Below are positions 63,151 through 64,000 of a stretch of DNA of 64,000 nucleotides, piece by piece. The notes beneath the pieces were generated by a model. The model ran no database searches and was not told the DNA's origin. It saw nothing but the letters and a program-made list of their open reading frames with translations. The translations under genes were made by a program, and so were the position numbers. This DNA is from Octopus vulgaris (Eukaryota), in the NCBI GenBank assembly GCA_951406725.2, contig OX597823.1, positions 36,704,001 to 36,768,000 of the forward strand, given 5' to 3'. Numbering within the stretch: the stretch's first letter is position 1; every line of letters begins with the position of its first letter.

Positions 63151-64000
63151 CATATACATATATATGATATACACACAAGCACGCACATACACTTGACGTC
63201 TGAAAATGACAGTATGAGTTTCCATTGAAGGAAAATATAGGGTATAGGGTCCAGTTAAACAAAATAATGGATCACATACAAAACGATAAAAAATGAAGTC
63301 CCTCTTCTCTGTCAAAGAAAAAGGCAGTGACTTAAGTTAGGCTACATATGTTGGTTTGAGTCTCAGATGTCTACAGCCTCAGCTCTACATGTTTATTCTG
63401 TCCCTGACACATCATTTTCCTTGAGCCAGATACTTAGATCTGTTTCCTGAACTTTAGTTAAACCTTTTTTTTTAAAGGTTCTTTATTATATATAGATTAG
63501 CAAAGACATCTCTAAGTACAATTTCATAAATTGCATTAGTTTATAAAGAAAAGGAGATGAGATTGAATCATGTCTATATTTCTGTCTCAGTGATATTGCT
63601 GAATCAGTGAATTAGTTGTAACTGGGCATCAAGTTTGCCTTGTTAATTTGGTTTGCCAGGAGCTGATAGTAGTAGCAGCAGCATTAGTAATTTGTTATGT
63701 AAGCTTAGTTCACATTTTTAGGTGAGAGAAAGAAAGGAATATTGGAACAGATGTAATAGTTTTACTATTTCTAAGTGAAATGGTTTTAAGTTGGAGGTGA
63801 AGTCAGGTGAGAATTATTGTGAAGTTAGGATAACCATTAAAATAATAATATTCAACTCTAGCAGCAATATAAGGAATAGAAATATTGCTGCATTACTGAA
63901 GATAGTTTAAAGTGTGTAGTGGGAAGAAATAAACTTCCAAAGTAAGTATAATTTTTCTCTTTATTTTCTATTGAATTTCACTGATTCCTATAAATTTGTA

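Noticed and set aside
63207-63314. Minus-strand hammerhead-like arrangement TGACAG-AGAAGA...GAAACTCATA-CTGTCA
   Set aside because: A 6-bp stem I is present, but the core lacks CU, stem II does not close and stem III mismatches; too degenerate to call.

Overview
AT-rich, intron-scale animal genomic DNA dense in microsatellites and SINEs. The repeat repertoire points to a coleoid cephalopod, probably Octopus (inference from recalled repeat families, not a database hit). Nearly all ORF-track entries are microsatellite or repeat artefacts. One real host gene is visible on the + strand: a 270-nt internal exon (61791-62060) ending in ...DELSLQQAMDKNKE(S), which I recognise as the region just before RPEL1 of a myocardin-related transcription factor (MRTF). 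It has a phase-compatible ATG exon at 32301-32337, a possible non-AUG alternative first exon with a GC donor (ends 29079), and a possible 48-nt cassette exon. The rest is decayed LINEs (RTE, CR1/L2, Tx1, R4-like), Tc1/maT and piggyBac-like DNA elements, and at least four SINE families. The most striking hidden feature is a set of about nine type-I hammerhead ribozyme motifs carried by small Penelope-like or retrozyme-like elements between 0.5 and 30.5 kb. These include a fully canonical one (23113-23193), one with a canonical core (21231-21319), and a tandem pair 319 nt apart with an inverted head (25221-25948). Also notable are a perfect 25-bp pre-miRNA-sized hairpin, a 64-bp inverted repeat next to the MRTF exon, and an SRE-like CArG box in the MRTF intron. 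Repeat boundaries are approximate and were read by eye.
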